This document shows positions 48,153-61,583 of a stretch of 64,000 nucleotides of DNA, piece after piece; position 1 is the first letter of the stretch, and every line of letters starts with the position of its first letter. Both the position numbers and the translations under genes were made by a program. This stretch comes from Moniliella sp. 'wahieum' (lineage: Eukaryota): contig RSEE01000046.1 in NCBI GenBank assembly GCA_003971905.1, positions 372,001-436,000 of the forward strand, read 5' to 3'. The notes under the pieces were generated by a model. That model searched no databases. It was not told the origin of the DNA and saw nothing but the letters and a program-made list of their open reading frames with translations.

Positions 48153-49667
48153 ATGTCGCGCGCGTCGCTGATGCTTGCGCGCCTGGTGTGCACTGTCAAC
48201 GTTGCTTTTGTCCGGGCGAGGGGCGGGCGGCAGTGGGGAGAGGAAGGATGGTGCACACCACTCCTCTGCCTGGTTGCGCCGCTCTGGGCAGCTGGCTGCT
48301 GCTAAGCCCCCACAAGGCCCACCCCAAGGTCCCCCCCCCGTCCACGCCGCCCGACCGACCGCGGAACGAGGAGGCGGATGAAGAGGTGGACGAGAGTCAG
48401 TTGTCGGATCGCGAGTTGCGACGCAAACGAGCGCTGGAATTCGCCCAAGAGCACCGTTCCGCCCCCGCGCAGCAAAGACCAGATCTTGGCCAGCAACAAG
48501 TTTTCTGCCAAGCGAAAAGCGTTGGCCGAGAAGCGGGCGCAGGAGGACCCACAAGACCAAAAGGTTGACGCCTCTTTGACCGACACGTCTTTCGATCGTT
48601 TCATGATCAAGGCGGGCATTCATCCGCTTTCCAGGATCATTGATCCTAACGTACACGCTGATGGGACCGAGACGATGATCGAGTCGGAAGAGCACATGTC
48701 CGAGGACCAGCGTCGGGCCCGGGCCGAGTGGCGAGATTACTGGCGGAAACAGTCAGCGCGTTACTTGCGTCGCTTGCATCGGATGGAAGATCGTCGGTTG
48801 GCCGATGCAAAAGGGTTTGCCAACATGGACGAGGCCAAGAAGGAAGGGTTCGAGTTCAGTCCCAAAGCGCTGGGTATCGGCAAGGCCACCTTGCCCGACC
48901 ACAGCGCGCCTTCCTTTTTGCAACGCTCTTATCATGCCTTTGTCTCGGGCATGGCACTCTGCATCTTGGTCTATGGATCGCTGTGGTACGATTGGGGCGA
49001 CGATGAGAATGCGTTTTCCTACCTGCGCCGGTACCTCAACATCAACCCTCCCCCCCCGCGAGAGGGCTATATGGGTGATGGTACCGTAGTTGCCCCGCCC
49101 GATTACGAGCCTCGATTTGATCTCAACAAGTCGCTTGCCAAGAACGGGTTGTTGGTGCCCAATCTGGATTCCCCCTCGGTGGTGCTGCGACCACTGCCGT
49201 CGTTGAAGACCAAATCCAACAGTCGCGCGTCTCGCTCTACGGTACGCCCGTTTACCAAGGAAGAGATGGAGCGTGCGACGGCGGTGCTGCGGCCGGATGG
49301 CAAACCGCAGGACGTCTATCTGTACGACACGGGCTTGACCGACGAGCAGACGGAGCAGGTGATCCGGGAGATGATGCGGGAAGCGCAGGTTGAGGCCGAT
49401 GCCGAGGCCAGCGCAACGATTGCCGAGAAGTTATGGGCAAAAATGTGGGGCGTTGTGTCGCCCAAGGAGACGGTGAACCAGATGCATGGCTTCCATGGCA
49501 TCGGCGGTACTTCCAACGCCAAGGACGAGTGGGACCGGATCCGCGAAGTGGCCGAGCTGACCGGCTCGGCCAGCGACTCCACTGCACCCTCACCCGCACC
49601 GGAGTCGCACTCGCAGTCTGCGTCGTCGTCGCTCTTGGCTCCGGCCGTGGACGTGGGGCCGGCGTGA
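48153..49667 (+). CDS. Hypothetical protein, probably mitochondrial with one TM helix
   Basis: Long ORF 48378..49667 with charged helices and TM FVSGMALCILVYGSLWYDWGDDENAFSYLRR. Presequence-like MSRASLMLARL at 48153 joins through indels. Confidence 0.65.
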
Positions 49668-50164
49668 AGGCGTGCGGCTGGGCGGGCAGGCGGCGGGAGG
49701 AGGGGGCTCGGTTGGCCACGAGGCAATTCAATTCTGGCGCAGGGGTGGGCACTGCTATGTGCTCGCTCTGCCTCGCATTGGTCCACTCAGGTACCGCCAC
49801 AGAGCGTCTACGTAGAAATAGAGCGCGCCATGGACGGGCGAGCATGCCAGGGGCACGGGAGGCCAGGGGGATGGATGGATGGCGTGCATCACGTGACAAA
49901 GGAGGGACCAGAGAGAGGCGACGCAGGCAGGAGACAGCGGCGGAGATTACGTGAGGTGATGCATGATGCATGATGCGTGAGGGAGAGTGAATACTGGACG
50001 GCGACGGCCGCAGCTCGCCTGCAATTTCAAGCGAGCTGTGGGTTGGCCCAGGCCAGGCCAGCCCAGCGCCACGCCGGGCAGGCGAGCTGCGCTGGACGCA
50101 GCCAAGCGCCGCCCAAGCCACTGCACGCAACTCCGCCGCCACCGCCACCGCCACCCCCGCCCCC

Positions 50165-53100
50165 ATGCAGGTCGTCATCCCCGACTTTGACGAGCTCGAG
50201 AGCACCGGACTCGACTTCCGACCCCCTCCCCTCCCCGCTCCCGCCGCCTCGCCCCGCCGCCCCCCGCCCGCCCCACCGCCTCGCCCCTCTCCCTCCCCCC
50301 GCCTCGCCAACGGCACCACCGACGATGGCCCCCGCCACCCCTCCACCCCCCGCCCCCGCCCCCGCTCCCCTCCCTCCCCGCCTCCTCCGCGTCTCCCTTT
50401 GTCTCCGCATCCGCCACCATGGGCGCCTTCCGCAGCGCCGACTCTGGCACGGCCGCAGCGGCAGCAATGCCAGCAGCGAGAACAACTTTGCTGCCGCCCT
50501 GGCCTCCGCGCCCACCACCACCTCTTCCTTCCCCTTCCGCCTGCCCAACAACTCAGGCGGCCTCTCGCTCAGCGGCAAGGACCGCGATCGCGATGGTCCA
50601 CCCAAGGAGAAAGGGAGCAAGAAGGGCAGCCTGGCCAGTCTGCGTGCCGTTCTGAAGAATGCTACCAGCTCCAGCAACCCGCTTTCCTTGGTCAGTTCCC
50701 AGTCCACCTTGGCTCTCAGCGCCGCCCACGAGCCCTTCCCCCCGTCGGTGCCCCCACCTCCGCCCCTGCCTTCCGTCCCTCCTTCTCGTCCAGTCGCTCG
50801 TACGACAAGACAGCGCCCCAGAGTCTGCGCCACTACCTGCTTCCATCTCCACCGCACCCATCAGCGCACAGGTAGCCTGGTCAGTGTTGCCCACGGGACC
50901 GCGTCGGATTCCGATGGGCACGGGATGGACCTGGGGCGCAGCTATGGCCACTTGCATAAGCGCTCCAGCTCTCGGGCAGCTCCCTGGCCGGAAGCAGCTT
51001 TGAGGGCACCTTCCCTGGCGCTCCTCCTGTCCCCTCCTTTCCCGCTACACCTTCAAGGGGACGCATTCAAGACGTTCAGCAGTTCCGACTCGTCTTTGGA
51101 GGTGCTGCAGAACGTGACTGGTCGCACAGATGGGTCCGCAAGCGCCAAAGTCTACTACGGCGGAGCTGGACCCAGCCCGGGCACCATCCCCTTTTCGGGC
51201 GAGACAGCGTTGTCCAAGGGCGTGGGGATTCCGGATGCGCAAGCGCCGTGCATTATGCGCTCAATACGTTGCTCGCCGAATTCACTGACTTGGCCCGCCT
51301 TCGCGCTGCGTACCTCATGACTGATCAAGGCGACACCAGCTCCACCAAGCATTATTTGTCCTTCTCTGCTGCTGCGACCAAGCTCTCCAACCCAACGCTG
51401 GCAAACAGGAGGGAAGCGCGGCGATCGAACCGGCATTTGAAAGTGTATGCAAGTCTCTAGGACGCGCTGCTGTGACCGACCTACCGTTGGTCTGGTCTTC
51501 ACTTTTCAACTGGCGCTCGGTCCAAATTGGATCGCGCCCCTGGACGCGCTTACGCTCCACAACAACAGTACTACCACCCTTGTCGGTGGGGGGATGCCGA
51601 AGATTTCACCTCTGGATCCGTGTGGGAAGTGCGCCGCCTACCCCTTCCAAGGCGCAGCTGATCGCCAATCAGGCCCAAGTACGACAGACCCAACTCACAT
51701 CGCTCATCAACCTGGTAGATGCCTTGACCATTGTCATGGACTCGGTTTCTCAACAGGTGACGTTGGCAATAACTCGATTGATCCGGTTCAAAACCTCCTG
51801 AGTTTCTTGCGCGAATCGCTTATGCTTCGCAGTTGAGCGACCGCCTTTTCTCTCGCGCTCAAACCTCCTTGGGCCAGTTTTCTGCGTCCATTAGTGCCGT
51901 GTATCGTACCCGTCTTACCGACACCATCCTGTCTTTGGCAAAAGAGTTTGTCGGCCAATCCAACCGAGAAGCCCGACATGGAGACCGACCTGCAATCAGG
52001 TTGACTAAGATGCGCATCATTGTACGTCCACCTTCTTTCTCATGGTTTCTTGGATAGGGATCCACTGACTACTCTCACTTCATTCCAGACGTTCCCCATG
52101 GACGCCTTTGAGGATTGCGCTGAGGCCATTCTGTCGGTGGCCAAGATGTTTGTCACTGCTCGGGGTCGGAGTAAAACACGTTCGCCGAGACCCTAGCGGC
52201 GTTGCTGTTGCAGGTGGCCAAGAATGCAACGGTGGAACTGCACCATCCCTCGTGGGTCGAAGTACTGAGACCATTTGGCCCAAGGCGCTCTCGATGATCG
52301 CCAAGCCGCGGTACTGGACTTCTGGATTCTTGCTGGGCACCGCGATCCTGTGTGCCTCCAAGGAGGATATTTCTGCACGATTGGTGGGCATACCTGGAAA
52401 CGTTCCCGCACTTGAAGGATCGGTCGCAGCGGACGCTGATCGCAGAGTGTGCAAGTCGCTGCTCTGGGTCTACCTCTTTCGATGTAAAGAGAGTAGCAAC
52501 GCGACCACACGCCGCCTGGAAGCCTTCTTCCGTGTTTGGTTTCCTGGCTCACGCCGCACCCTCGAGTTCCCGAGACTGGAAGTGAGTTCCATGCTCATGT
52601 TACACTATGTCCTCTACCGGCAGTTTGACTGGGGAGTGACTTTATCCTCGACCTCCTCCGCGCTACCGCGTTGCAGTCCAATACGGTGTTAAACCAGCCC
52701 GAGGTGATCAACAAGCCCCGCATGGTTGCCGCCATTCGGGCGATCAACATGACCTGGGCATCTTTCCAGGCAAAGGAATCACCTCCCTTTCCCGATCCTT
52801 TCCGTTCGACCCGGCGGTAACCCGGCTGTTAGCTACGGGCAACCCGGATGGGACGGCGTGTGCGGTGCCGATGGAGTTCCCACGGCTAGCATTGACACGA
52901 CGCACAAGAAGTTTGAGGACTTGGTAGGAAAGGTCGCTCTATTATGCGACCAAGCTGGCGGATGTGACCGTGTACGACCGTACGCCCCTTTCAGCTGGAA
53001 GTGGGGCCCACCCCACCGCCTCCAACTCCACCGAGTACTTCTCGGTGGATTCCGAGCGGGAAGGCTTGGTGTGGCGCTTTCACCAGGACATGCGCGCTGC

Positions 53101-56100
53101 GGCGGCCTACTCGCATGTCCACCAGCCCTACATGGACGTCCTTCGTGCTTGTATCAACATCTGGCCCCAGTGCCTTACCAGCAAGGTGACTCGCAACAAG
53201 GCCTTCTCCATTCTCTTTCGTGCTATCATCAGTCCTGATTGGGCGTTGGCCTTGGCTGCTGAGAATGCGTTTCGTCGGTTTGCCGCCCGGCCCGATTTGT
53301 CAATGGACCTGCTCTCCTTCCTTGGTCGCAGTCTGATGCGGCCCGAGCTTTTCCGGTTCGATTCGGGCAGTCTCAAGATTTCCTCCTGCGCAAGACGATC
53401 CACCTATTCGACGTGTGGTCAATGTGTTTTGATAAGTGGCACGAACATCTTCGGGCCGAACACGAGGCCACCTCCACAGCTGCCGGATCGGCTGGTGATA
53501 CCGCCGGTGCGGCAAACGGATCGGCTGTTGCTTCCACCCCCGATCCTCCGCCTAAGCCTATGAGTCGGGCTGGCATTTGGTCTGCCCTGGATGAGGTCGA
53601 GTCCTACAGTGTCGTACTCATGGCTTTGCCGCTGTCGCGCTCCGGCGGATTGCTGCCAAAGTGTCAGAACATGCGTTTCAAGTGGAGATTCTCTTGTCGG
53701 GCGAGACGCGGCGGGTGTCGGAGCTGAACGTGGCTTCCCTGACCCAGGCATCGCGGGTCTGGCAATGCTTCGGACTCGGATCGAGGTGGCGCTTGGCGAT
53801 GATTTGTTGGCCGGGTTTAACAGCAACACTCACCTACGCCCATCCGATGTGACATTGAGCGAAGTACTGCAAGCGCGTGAGTCGGTCAATGGCATCTCCT
53901 GGCGCTCGGTGCAGGCTTGCTTTTTCCGACAATGCGGCGGCTCTTCCCTACCATCATGGCGCTGGTCAAGTCCAACCTGGCGAGCCGGTTCACCATTCTC
54001 GAGTCCTATCTCGCAGCGTCGTCCCTTTCGTCCCAAAGCTCCAACTTGGGACGCCTCAGTAGCTCCAACCTTGACTTGATCGTCCAAACCTGGTCTTCCA
54101 TCGCTTGCTGCCTTGCCGCCGTCAGTACCACCGCTGGCACTTCCTCCGACACTCCCGCTGCACACAAACGCCAACTCAGCGATCCCGGGGCGAGACATCA
54201 ACGGTGACTGGGAGCGAACTGATCAAGGAGTTGCTCAGCCATGCGATCAATGGCCAGCCCGAAGTAAGCGAAGGCGCAGCCTATGCTGTGGGGGGCATCA
54301 ACCGTCACTTGTTTTACATCACATCAAGCAACTTCATCTTGCCATGGCCGATTTATCCGCCGACGACCGGAAACCTGCCCCGCTTCCCTCGGCCACCGCG
54401 GGACATCTCCATCACCATCGGCGCGACATTTCGGTACGCACACGAGGGAATCAAGGGCGGAAAGCAACGTCGATGATCCTCAGTGCGATTATCCCTTACA
54501 TCCAGGTTATCGATGATCCCCACCGTTCCGATGAGACGTACCTCGTCCTCTCTTGGATCAAGGAGATGTTGGTTTACTCAAGACGATCAAAATGAAGGAC
54601 GATGTGAACCACAACAGTGTTCGCGTTGCGTTTTCCACCGTCGTGGCCCACTTTGTCGACTCGGTCGTAGAAGAAGGTACGGCGACACGTTTTTCTCCTT
54701 GGAGAACATCAAGAGTTGTTCTCCCTCTGTCTTGAATGGCAATCATTTGATCCGACGGGGGATAACGGCAAGACCAAGCTGGCCGAGTTGATTACCAGTG
54801 CGGCGTACCGACAAAGGGACGAACAAGCCCGGCTGCGCGTCGTGAATGACTTGCGGGCTGGTATCCAGGAATTGGCCCACCAGGCGGCCAAGTGCCTTGC
54901 TTCCCTCTGCTCCTGCGTCCCTATTCTTCTCCCCGAACAGGAAGGCCAGACACCATCTTTGTCAGGCACGCGTAATTCCGTCTCTTGGGTCTTGACCTGG
55001 GCCCGAAAACTTCTCATCTCACCCACGCCACGGCCCGGGAGCCTGCACAGTAAGTTCCCTCCATTCTTGATGGCGCGAAAGAATTGTACCGTGCTAACGA
55101 TCGTGTTCTTGCTAGCCGTGCCTTCCAAAATCTTACCAAGCACAAGGCCAGCCAGACGGTTTGGAGCAGCGTGGTCGATATGGTATACGATGAAGCGGCC
55201 GATGCACCTTTTGTCAATTCCGTCTTTTTTGAGCTAGTTCAACAACGGTCCAGCATTCCCGAACGGGTGCTCCAACGCCATCTCAACGTTTTGCTCCTGT
55301 TTAAAATGACGGACGATGATAGCGACGCGCGTTTGGCCGCCTTTGACTGGCTCCGTACCCTTGCTCCCAGTATCGTGTATTCTCGTGCGCGGCTGCGCCA
55401 AGCACTCCCTCGATCCATGTGCACGCCGTACAACATGTCTGTCGTGTCATGGGCGACCAGCTCAAAGCTGTCCGCTGCTGGGTCCTGGCTGAATGCGGGG
55501 CGCGGGTCGAGCAACTTTCCGTACGAAGACACACTCGCGGCGTCATATCGGCTGTCCTTGCCGCTGCGCTGGATGGGTCCAACTTTCCTACAGCTCTGAG
55601 CATGGGTTTAGTGCGGAGACGTACATTATCCTCTCCAACTTGGTCTGGATCACGGTCCAATTGGAAGAAGCAGTTGAAGAGCATCTGCATGAGTGCATTG
55701 CTGCCCTCTGCGGAGAGGGGGAACGGGTCGTGGAAAATGTTCAGGTGTTGATCCGTTTTTTGCTCGACTGCAATCAGCACGTGCAGCACCAGCGCATGCT
55801 CGATGCTACCCATCGCTGGTTGCCTTTGTGCACCGTCTCCACCCGGACCTGTTTGGAAAGAGGCATGCGCGGCCTTGACACCCAACTCGGCCATTCCTTG
55901 GCAGTCAAACCGTTCGTGTATGACCAAGACGCCCAGTTCGATACCGCTTTTGTTCCCGACTTCGAAATTTGCTGGCCTACTGCCGGGAAGAGGACAACCC
56001 CATTTCTGCGGCTGCCTTGCTCTTAACCTTCCTCGCCTTGTGCGGGGTGAATTCCAATGTGCGCGATGAATACCGTGTGCTTGTCCTTCACGTGGCCGCC

Positions 56101-58082
56101 CTGCACATCACCTCACTCTGGCCTCCTGTTCAGGACGCAGCCACGAGTTTGTTGGAGGATGTGCTCGAGGGTCAGCCTGCCACCATTCGTACATCCGTCC
56201 CAGCCGATATCCTCGAGCTGATCTCGTTGCCCCTCCCCCACTGCTCTCTCGGCACCCAGTTCGCCGTCGCTATCTTCCGAGGAAGATGGGAGCGTGGCGC
56301 TTTTGGCCGAGTGGCGCCGGGTGGCGCTGTTGTGGTCGACATCGGTTCCTGTGCGCGCGTTTGCGTGCCAATCCTTTGTCATCTTCCGTCAGCTCAACCC
56401 TCCTGCCGAGGCCACGTCGCTGGCTGAGATTTTGGGCCGCCTTTCGGGCTCCATTTCGGATGGGAGCGACGATGTGTCGCTGTTTAGTATTGAAGCGCTG
56501 AAAACCATCCGCTCCATGACGCAGCAACTTGTATTAAGCGACGATTCGGCCTCGCTGGGGGACTTTGCTGTTACCTGTCTCTGGACCTGCTTGGCGTCCA
56601 TGACCTCCATCAATGAGTCCGAGTGCGCCGAAGCGTTCTCTCTCTTGTCCGTTCTGCTGGACAAATTGCGCAGTTGAAGCATACGTCGCTTGTCGACACG
56701 TTTTTGAGCCAACAACCGCCCGATTGGGACCAGGGCAACCAGATTGGACATTGAGCATTCTCCTTGCCTTTCATTGTTCTACGACGCGGAGGCCAGCGAT
56801 GCAGCTGACCCAGCAACTGCTCGAGATGGAGAGCCTGGCACGAATGTACGACGAGGATCGTTGGTTGGGGCTATGCTTCGTGGCGATGCTTCCCTACTTT
56901 GTCATGTCGCTCGAGTCGAGGCATACCATCGTGCCAGAGGAGAAAACGTTGACGTCAACATTGCAACCGCACTGGCCACGCGCTTTGCGGCCAAGGGACT
57001 GTCCGATCTACAAAGGACCTGCGAAGCAGTCGCCAACGCACGGTTCAAGATCATTGACGACTTGATCCGGCAAGGAGTCAATGGGGCTAAGGTGCACTAC
57101 GTGCCGCACTTGCTCGAACCAACTGTGTTCTTGCTGTTTGGCTCAGCCTTGGCGCCCGAACCCGAGGCGCGCACCGTCGCCCTCAAGGTGGCCAAAGCAT
57201 TTGTCGACAGTTTGGGACCAGCCAGACACCGTTGCTCGCCGAGTTTAGTTCGGACATTTGGATTCCCTTACTGCTTGCGCTCCACAGTGGCGATGCTCGG
57301 CCCAGGATGCACTCAGCTGCCTCAACTTGACGGCCAAAGTGCACAGCGGGCCCTCGGCGCGCCAGCTGTTCCAATTCAGTAGTGGGGCGCAGTGGGGCCG
57401 GTCTCGCATGGGCGCCGCGGCAGGCCTGCCGGGCGGCAGTGAAGAGAATCCGAGCAACCGATTCTTTGGCCCGGCCTCGCTCACGGGCTGGTCCGTGCCG
57501 ATGCGCATGAGGCCACGGTGCGCACACGGAGCAACTTGGCCAGCACCTTCCGTCGCTGCGAGCAAAACCTAGACATTGTGCCGGCGGCTGTGCACGTCAA
57601 CTTTGTTGAGGCAGGGGATGTATCGGACGTGAGCTTGTGGAATACGTCCGAGGCGCGCACGAGGGAGACGACGCCTGGTCCGGGCGGGTCGGACCAGAGC
57701 CAGATCGACGAGCTGGAAGGCATTGTGGCTCAGCTGCATGCTGTCCAACTTTTTCGTCGCGGGCGCTGTGCCGCAGCAGCTCGCCCCGCCTTCCAACTAC
57801 CAAGGTCAGCCGCAACTCCAGCGTCCACCTCTCCCGCAACAACACCCAATCCGGCCGCGACCCACAAAAGCAGGTGGCCAAAGTCCTTTCGCGCGCCGCG
57901 GCCTATGCTGGCCCATCTCTGCCTCGCACGCAGGCGAGGCACTGGATGCCTCGGCGGCCCGTGCCACCACCCCAATCCAGGACTACGTCGCCGCCAACGA
58001 TTCCTTCGCACTGGCCATGGCTACCGGGCGGTCAGCCGAATTTGCCTCTGGTCCAGTGAGCTTGGCAGGGCGAGCGTGGTAA
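50165..58082 (+). CDS. TAO3: RAM-network scaffold Tao3/Mor2/Furry (cell morphogenesis protein)
   Basis: About 7.9 kb of continuous plus-strand coding sequence broken by many indels: MQVVIPDFDE, YALNTLLAEF, FPMDAFE (after intron about 52022-52089), KPRYWTSGFLLGTAILCASKEDI, WVYLFRCKESS..TTRRLE, SFVIFRQL, EILGRLSGSISD, WTCLASMTSINESE. Confidence 0.88.
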
Positions 58083-58514
58083 CGGACAACCAGGAGCCAA
58101 GAACTGGTACCAGTACTTTTGCCCAGGTTCCAGCTGTACAACGATATGTCGATTGTTTTATCATCTCTCACGTCTCACGTCTCACCTCTCCCGGGACAAG
58201 CAAAGGAAGCACGCACGCACTTAGCGGAGGGAGGCGCTCTACTGTACCCTGGCCGCATTCCGATGGCCCCAATTAACTGAAAGGAAATGGACGCTGATTA
58301 CGAGCATGGAAGCGAACGAAGCATCGAGTGCAAGACAGTGTCGGTCGTAGAAAGAGGGCAGGCGGGATAAGCGAGCATAAGAGGCGCAGGCACAGGTGCA
58401 GCACACCACAAGGCAGGGGGACTGTCCGCGTCACAGCGGGGCGTGTCTAGGGAAACTATCCTCTTCACACGTCACGGCACTACCACGATGGTTTGAAAGG
58501 CAGGGAAGATGTAT

Positions 58515-59643
58515 CTAGTTTGGTTGACTTACCTTGAGCAGTTCCCGCACCACGCGCGTGTACGCGCGGTTGGGTTCGGTCCAGTCGAGACACTTCCAAA
58601 AGTTGTCCAGGTACGCGTCGCGACCCCACACACCATAGTCGAGCGCCCAAGCGTGCTCTTGCATGCTAATGATAAACAGGGGCGTGATGGGCCGCTGGTG
58701 CTTGTGCAGGCCCAGCTCGGGCGGGTAGGTAAAGGGCGTAAATCGCTCCAGCTTTTCAAATTGCAGCGGCGAGTCGGACGCGGCAAACACATCGTCCTCG
58801 ACTGGTTCGGAACCCTTGTCGCCCTCGGCTTGCTCGGAAACCTTGTCGCCCTCGCCCTCGCCCTCGCCTCGCTACCCTCAGCCTGGGTCGGGAAAGCATC
58901 CATCAACGCCTTTTCCATACTGAGGCGCGCATCCACGTTGCCGGCTTGCATGCGGAACGGGGTGAGAACAGTGCCAGTGCCATACGACGGCACAATCCCC
59001 ACGTTGCCCGCCACGTCGGCCGCGACCCAGATCCAGCCGGTCGAGGGTCATCCCGTCGGCCACCGCTTTGACTGCAGTTTGCAACTGCTCCAGCGAACCA
59101 AACGTCTTGGTAATCGCGTCTTGCAGGCCAACCGAAGGGGCACTGCCCGCATCGGGCATCCTCGGTGCCGGGCGCTGAGTCAAGAGGGTCAATACAAGGA
59201 AAAACCAAGCAAAGTGACGGGCATAGAGGGCTAAGCTGCAAGGCTCAAGGCCATGTGTCAAGGAGGCCAACAAGGTGGGGACAACGTACCAGGTTGCTAA
59301 AGAAGAAGGAATTGTTGGCGGCGAGCGAGGCGAGGTTGAAGGTCTGGGTCAGGTACTGGTCGCCGCGGGTGCGGACGACGGTGGAAGCAACGGAAGACGT
59401 CTCCCTCCGTGCCGCGCACCTCATCGTTAGGCGCTCCAGCAAGCCTTTCTGCCAGTCCACCGCCACCACCTGGACCGCCTGTTTGCTCAGGAAGGGCGCC
59501 GCGCCCTCGGCCAACTTGGGCTTGAGCGGCAGCACCGTGTGCACGGCGCGCGCACCGGCGGGGCAAGGCGCAGATGCAGATGCGGACGCCGCCACGGACG
59601 GCAGACTGCGCCGGAGAAACGAGGGCGCTGTCCTGACCAGCAT
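58515..59643 (-). CDS. MRP1: Fe/Mn-SOD-fold mitochondrial ribosomal small-subunit protein (Mrp1/mS43-like)
   Basis: Presequence, AVHTVLPL, DWQKGLLERLNDEVRGT, FNLASLAANNSFFF, FGSLEQL, GWIWV, PLFIISMQEHAWALDYGVWGRDAYLDNFWKCLDW. The canonical SOD DxWEHAY and N-terminal His ligands are not intact. Confidence 0.78.
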
Positions 59644-60095
59644 GGGGGAAGGTGAGGGTGGAGATGAAGGAGGTGGAGGTGGGGATGGAGAGGAGCACCA
59701 GCGCCGTCTTCTCTGTCCAATGCCCCCCGACAAGCGTACGAGAGGCCAAACGCAGGAGGACGTGCTGCTTACGTCACGCCAAGAAGAAATGCTGCGTTGG
59801 GCGTCGGAAAGGAACAAATGCGATCCGCTGGCCTGCATCAGCGGTGGGCCATCAATCACCCATCAGCCTACGCAATCAACACTTGCTCATCTGCGATCTG
59901 AAAAGACCCCATCGACCCGCCTTCTCCCCTCTCTTTTCCCTCGGCCCCGCCGTGTTGTACTGTACCTCCGACACTAGCAGCTTCCCATCCTGCGGATGCA
60001 GCTGTCCTGGGGCCACATGCATGCATTCCCCAAAGCATCTCCTAACCCAGCGCCGAGGGCCACATGCCACGCACGCCGATCTGTTTCCGTGGTTC

Positions 60096-60679
60096 TTACG
60101 CCATATAGTAGTCGTACTGCAGCCACATCGACACCAACGAAGAGCCTGGCCAAGCAAGCCGACCGGGACAGGTCAGTCAGTCCAAACCGATCCAACACGC
60201 ATACAAGAGGAGGGGGAGACCTACTGGCCACAATGAACGGGCTGATCACACCCGGAATCAAGTTGGTCGTCTTCCACACCACCAGTTCCGAGCCAAAGTG
60301 GCAAGCGCAATGACGTACGACCACATGGCCAATTGGTACACTCTGTTGGGTTGCCAGCGCCCCGTCTGGTTAGCTGGACACGCGCACACTACAAACACAC
60401 CAGAAGAGAGGCACGCACTGGGGGTTGGACAGATGGTAGGCGGCATAGATGCGAATGAACGCCGAGGTGATGTTCCAAGTACCAAACGTACGCGCCGAAG
60501 AGGCGTCACGTTGGCACCGGCCAAAGTGTAGACCTTGCGGCTAAAAGACGGCTTGAAAAAGTTTTGCGCACCGTTCAGCAACGCAATCGTGCCGACCAGC
60601 AGCGTCCATTTGCCCAGCAATGTCGCAGGAATCACTGCAGGCCCTCATCCAACAACGGAGGGTTGAACGTAGCCACCAT
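60096..60679 (-). CDS. ERG28: Ergosterol biosynthesis scaffold Erg28
   Basis: LLGKWTLLVGTIALLNGAQNF, VTPL..RTFGTW, RIYAAYHL, VYQLAMWSYVIAL.HFGSE, SPFIVAS|SSLVSMWLQYDYY. Two introns. Confidence 0.9.
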
Positions 60680-61583
60680 CTCTGGTCGATGGGCAAGCTA
60701 GCAGCCAAGACCTTGCGCGAGGAGGACATCCGCAATCGCGCACGGGGAGGCGGGAGGGCCAGGGCAAGGCAGAGCAGGCCCAAAAGAAAACGACGGCGAG
60801 GGGTCCGGAAAGAGACGTACGTTCAGAGAAGGCCGACATGGGGTTGCAGTGCAGCTGTTTGGCAGGCGGTGGTGTGGCAGATGGAGCGGCGCGCGTGTTG
60901 GGGCAGCTGGGACAGGCTTGGACCATCTCGACCACTGCATGTGGCGAGTGGGGTGACCCCATCGGTGAAGAGTGACGCGTGACGCGTGACGCGCGTGACG
61001 GTGCGATGGGCGAGTGGGCTCAGCGCCTCAACGCTCAACCAGCGCAAACGTCTCGGGTGTGGGTTGCTCCCGTTGCTGCCACGACGGCCGAGCATGATGG
61101 GGATGCGCGCTTCTGGTGTCCGTCCTCGTCAGGCAGCCGATTGCCTTGGTCTTCCTTCCCCCAACAACACAGGGGGAGCGGCAACCTCCAGTAGTAGTGG
61201 CCTCTTCGCGGTTGCACTCCAATGGCCAGCGGCCTTCCATGCGCATGGCGCCACGAGCGTACTATGCCACCAAGGCTGCTACCAACCTTGGACAACTGGC
61301 TGGATCGAGCCACACAAATTTCATGGAAATGATGTATTGTATGATGGTTCTTTGCTCCCCAATGTCCACCACGGCCATCCTTGGGCTACATCCGATTGGA
61401 AACGAGGACGGAGTGAACCAGAGGATCCTGGCCTGAGGGCCAAGGCCACGCATGGGTCTGCTGAGAGTAGGTACAAGTACCAGATGAATGACGAGCAGGG
61501 GAGACGCGCCGGTTCTCCTGTCCCAGCTTGAATTTTGCCATATGGCTTGAGTATAATAGTAAGCGGCAGCGTCGCCGACAAGC

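Noticed and set aside
47031..48695. 554-aa minus-strand ORF as a single gene
   Set aside because: Its 5' two-thirds are the antisense of the plus-strand gene at 48153-49667 plus intergenic DNA. Only the part from the ATG at 47699 has a domain.
58515..59643. Active Mn/Fe superoxide dismutase
   Set aside because: The metal-ligand motifs are degenerate (SMQEHAW instead of DxWEHAY; N-terminal His ligands missing), consistent with the known SOD-fold mitoribosomal proteins.
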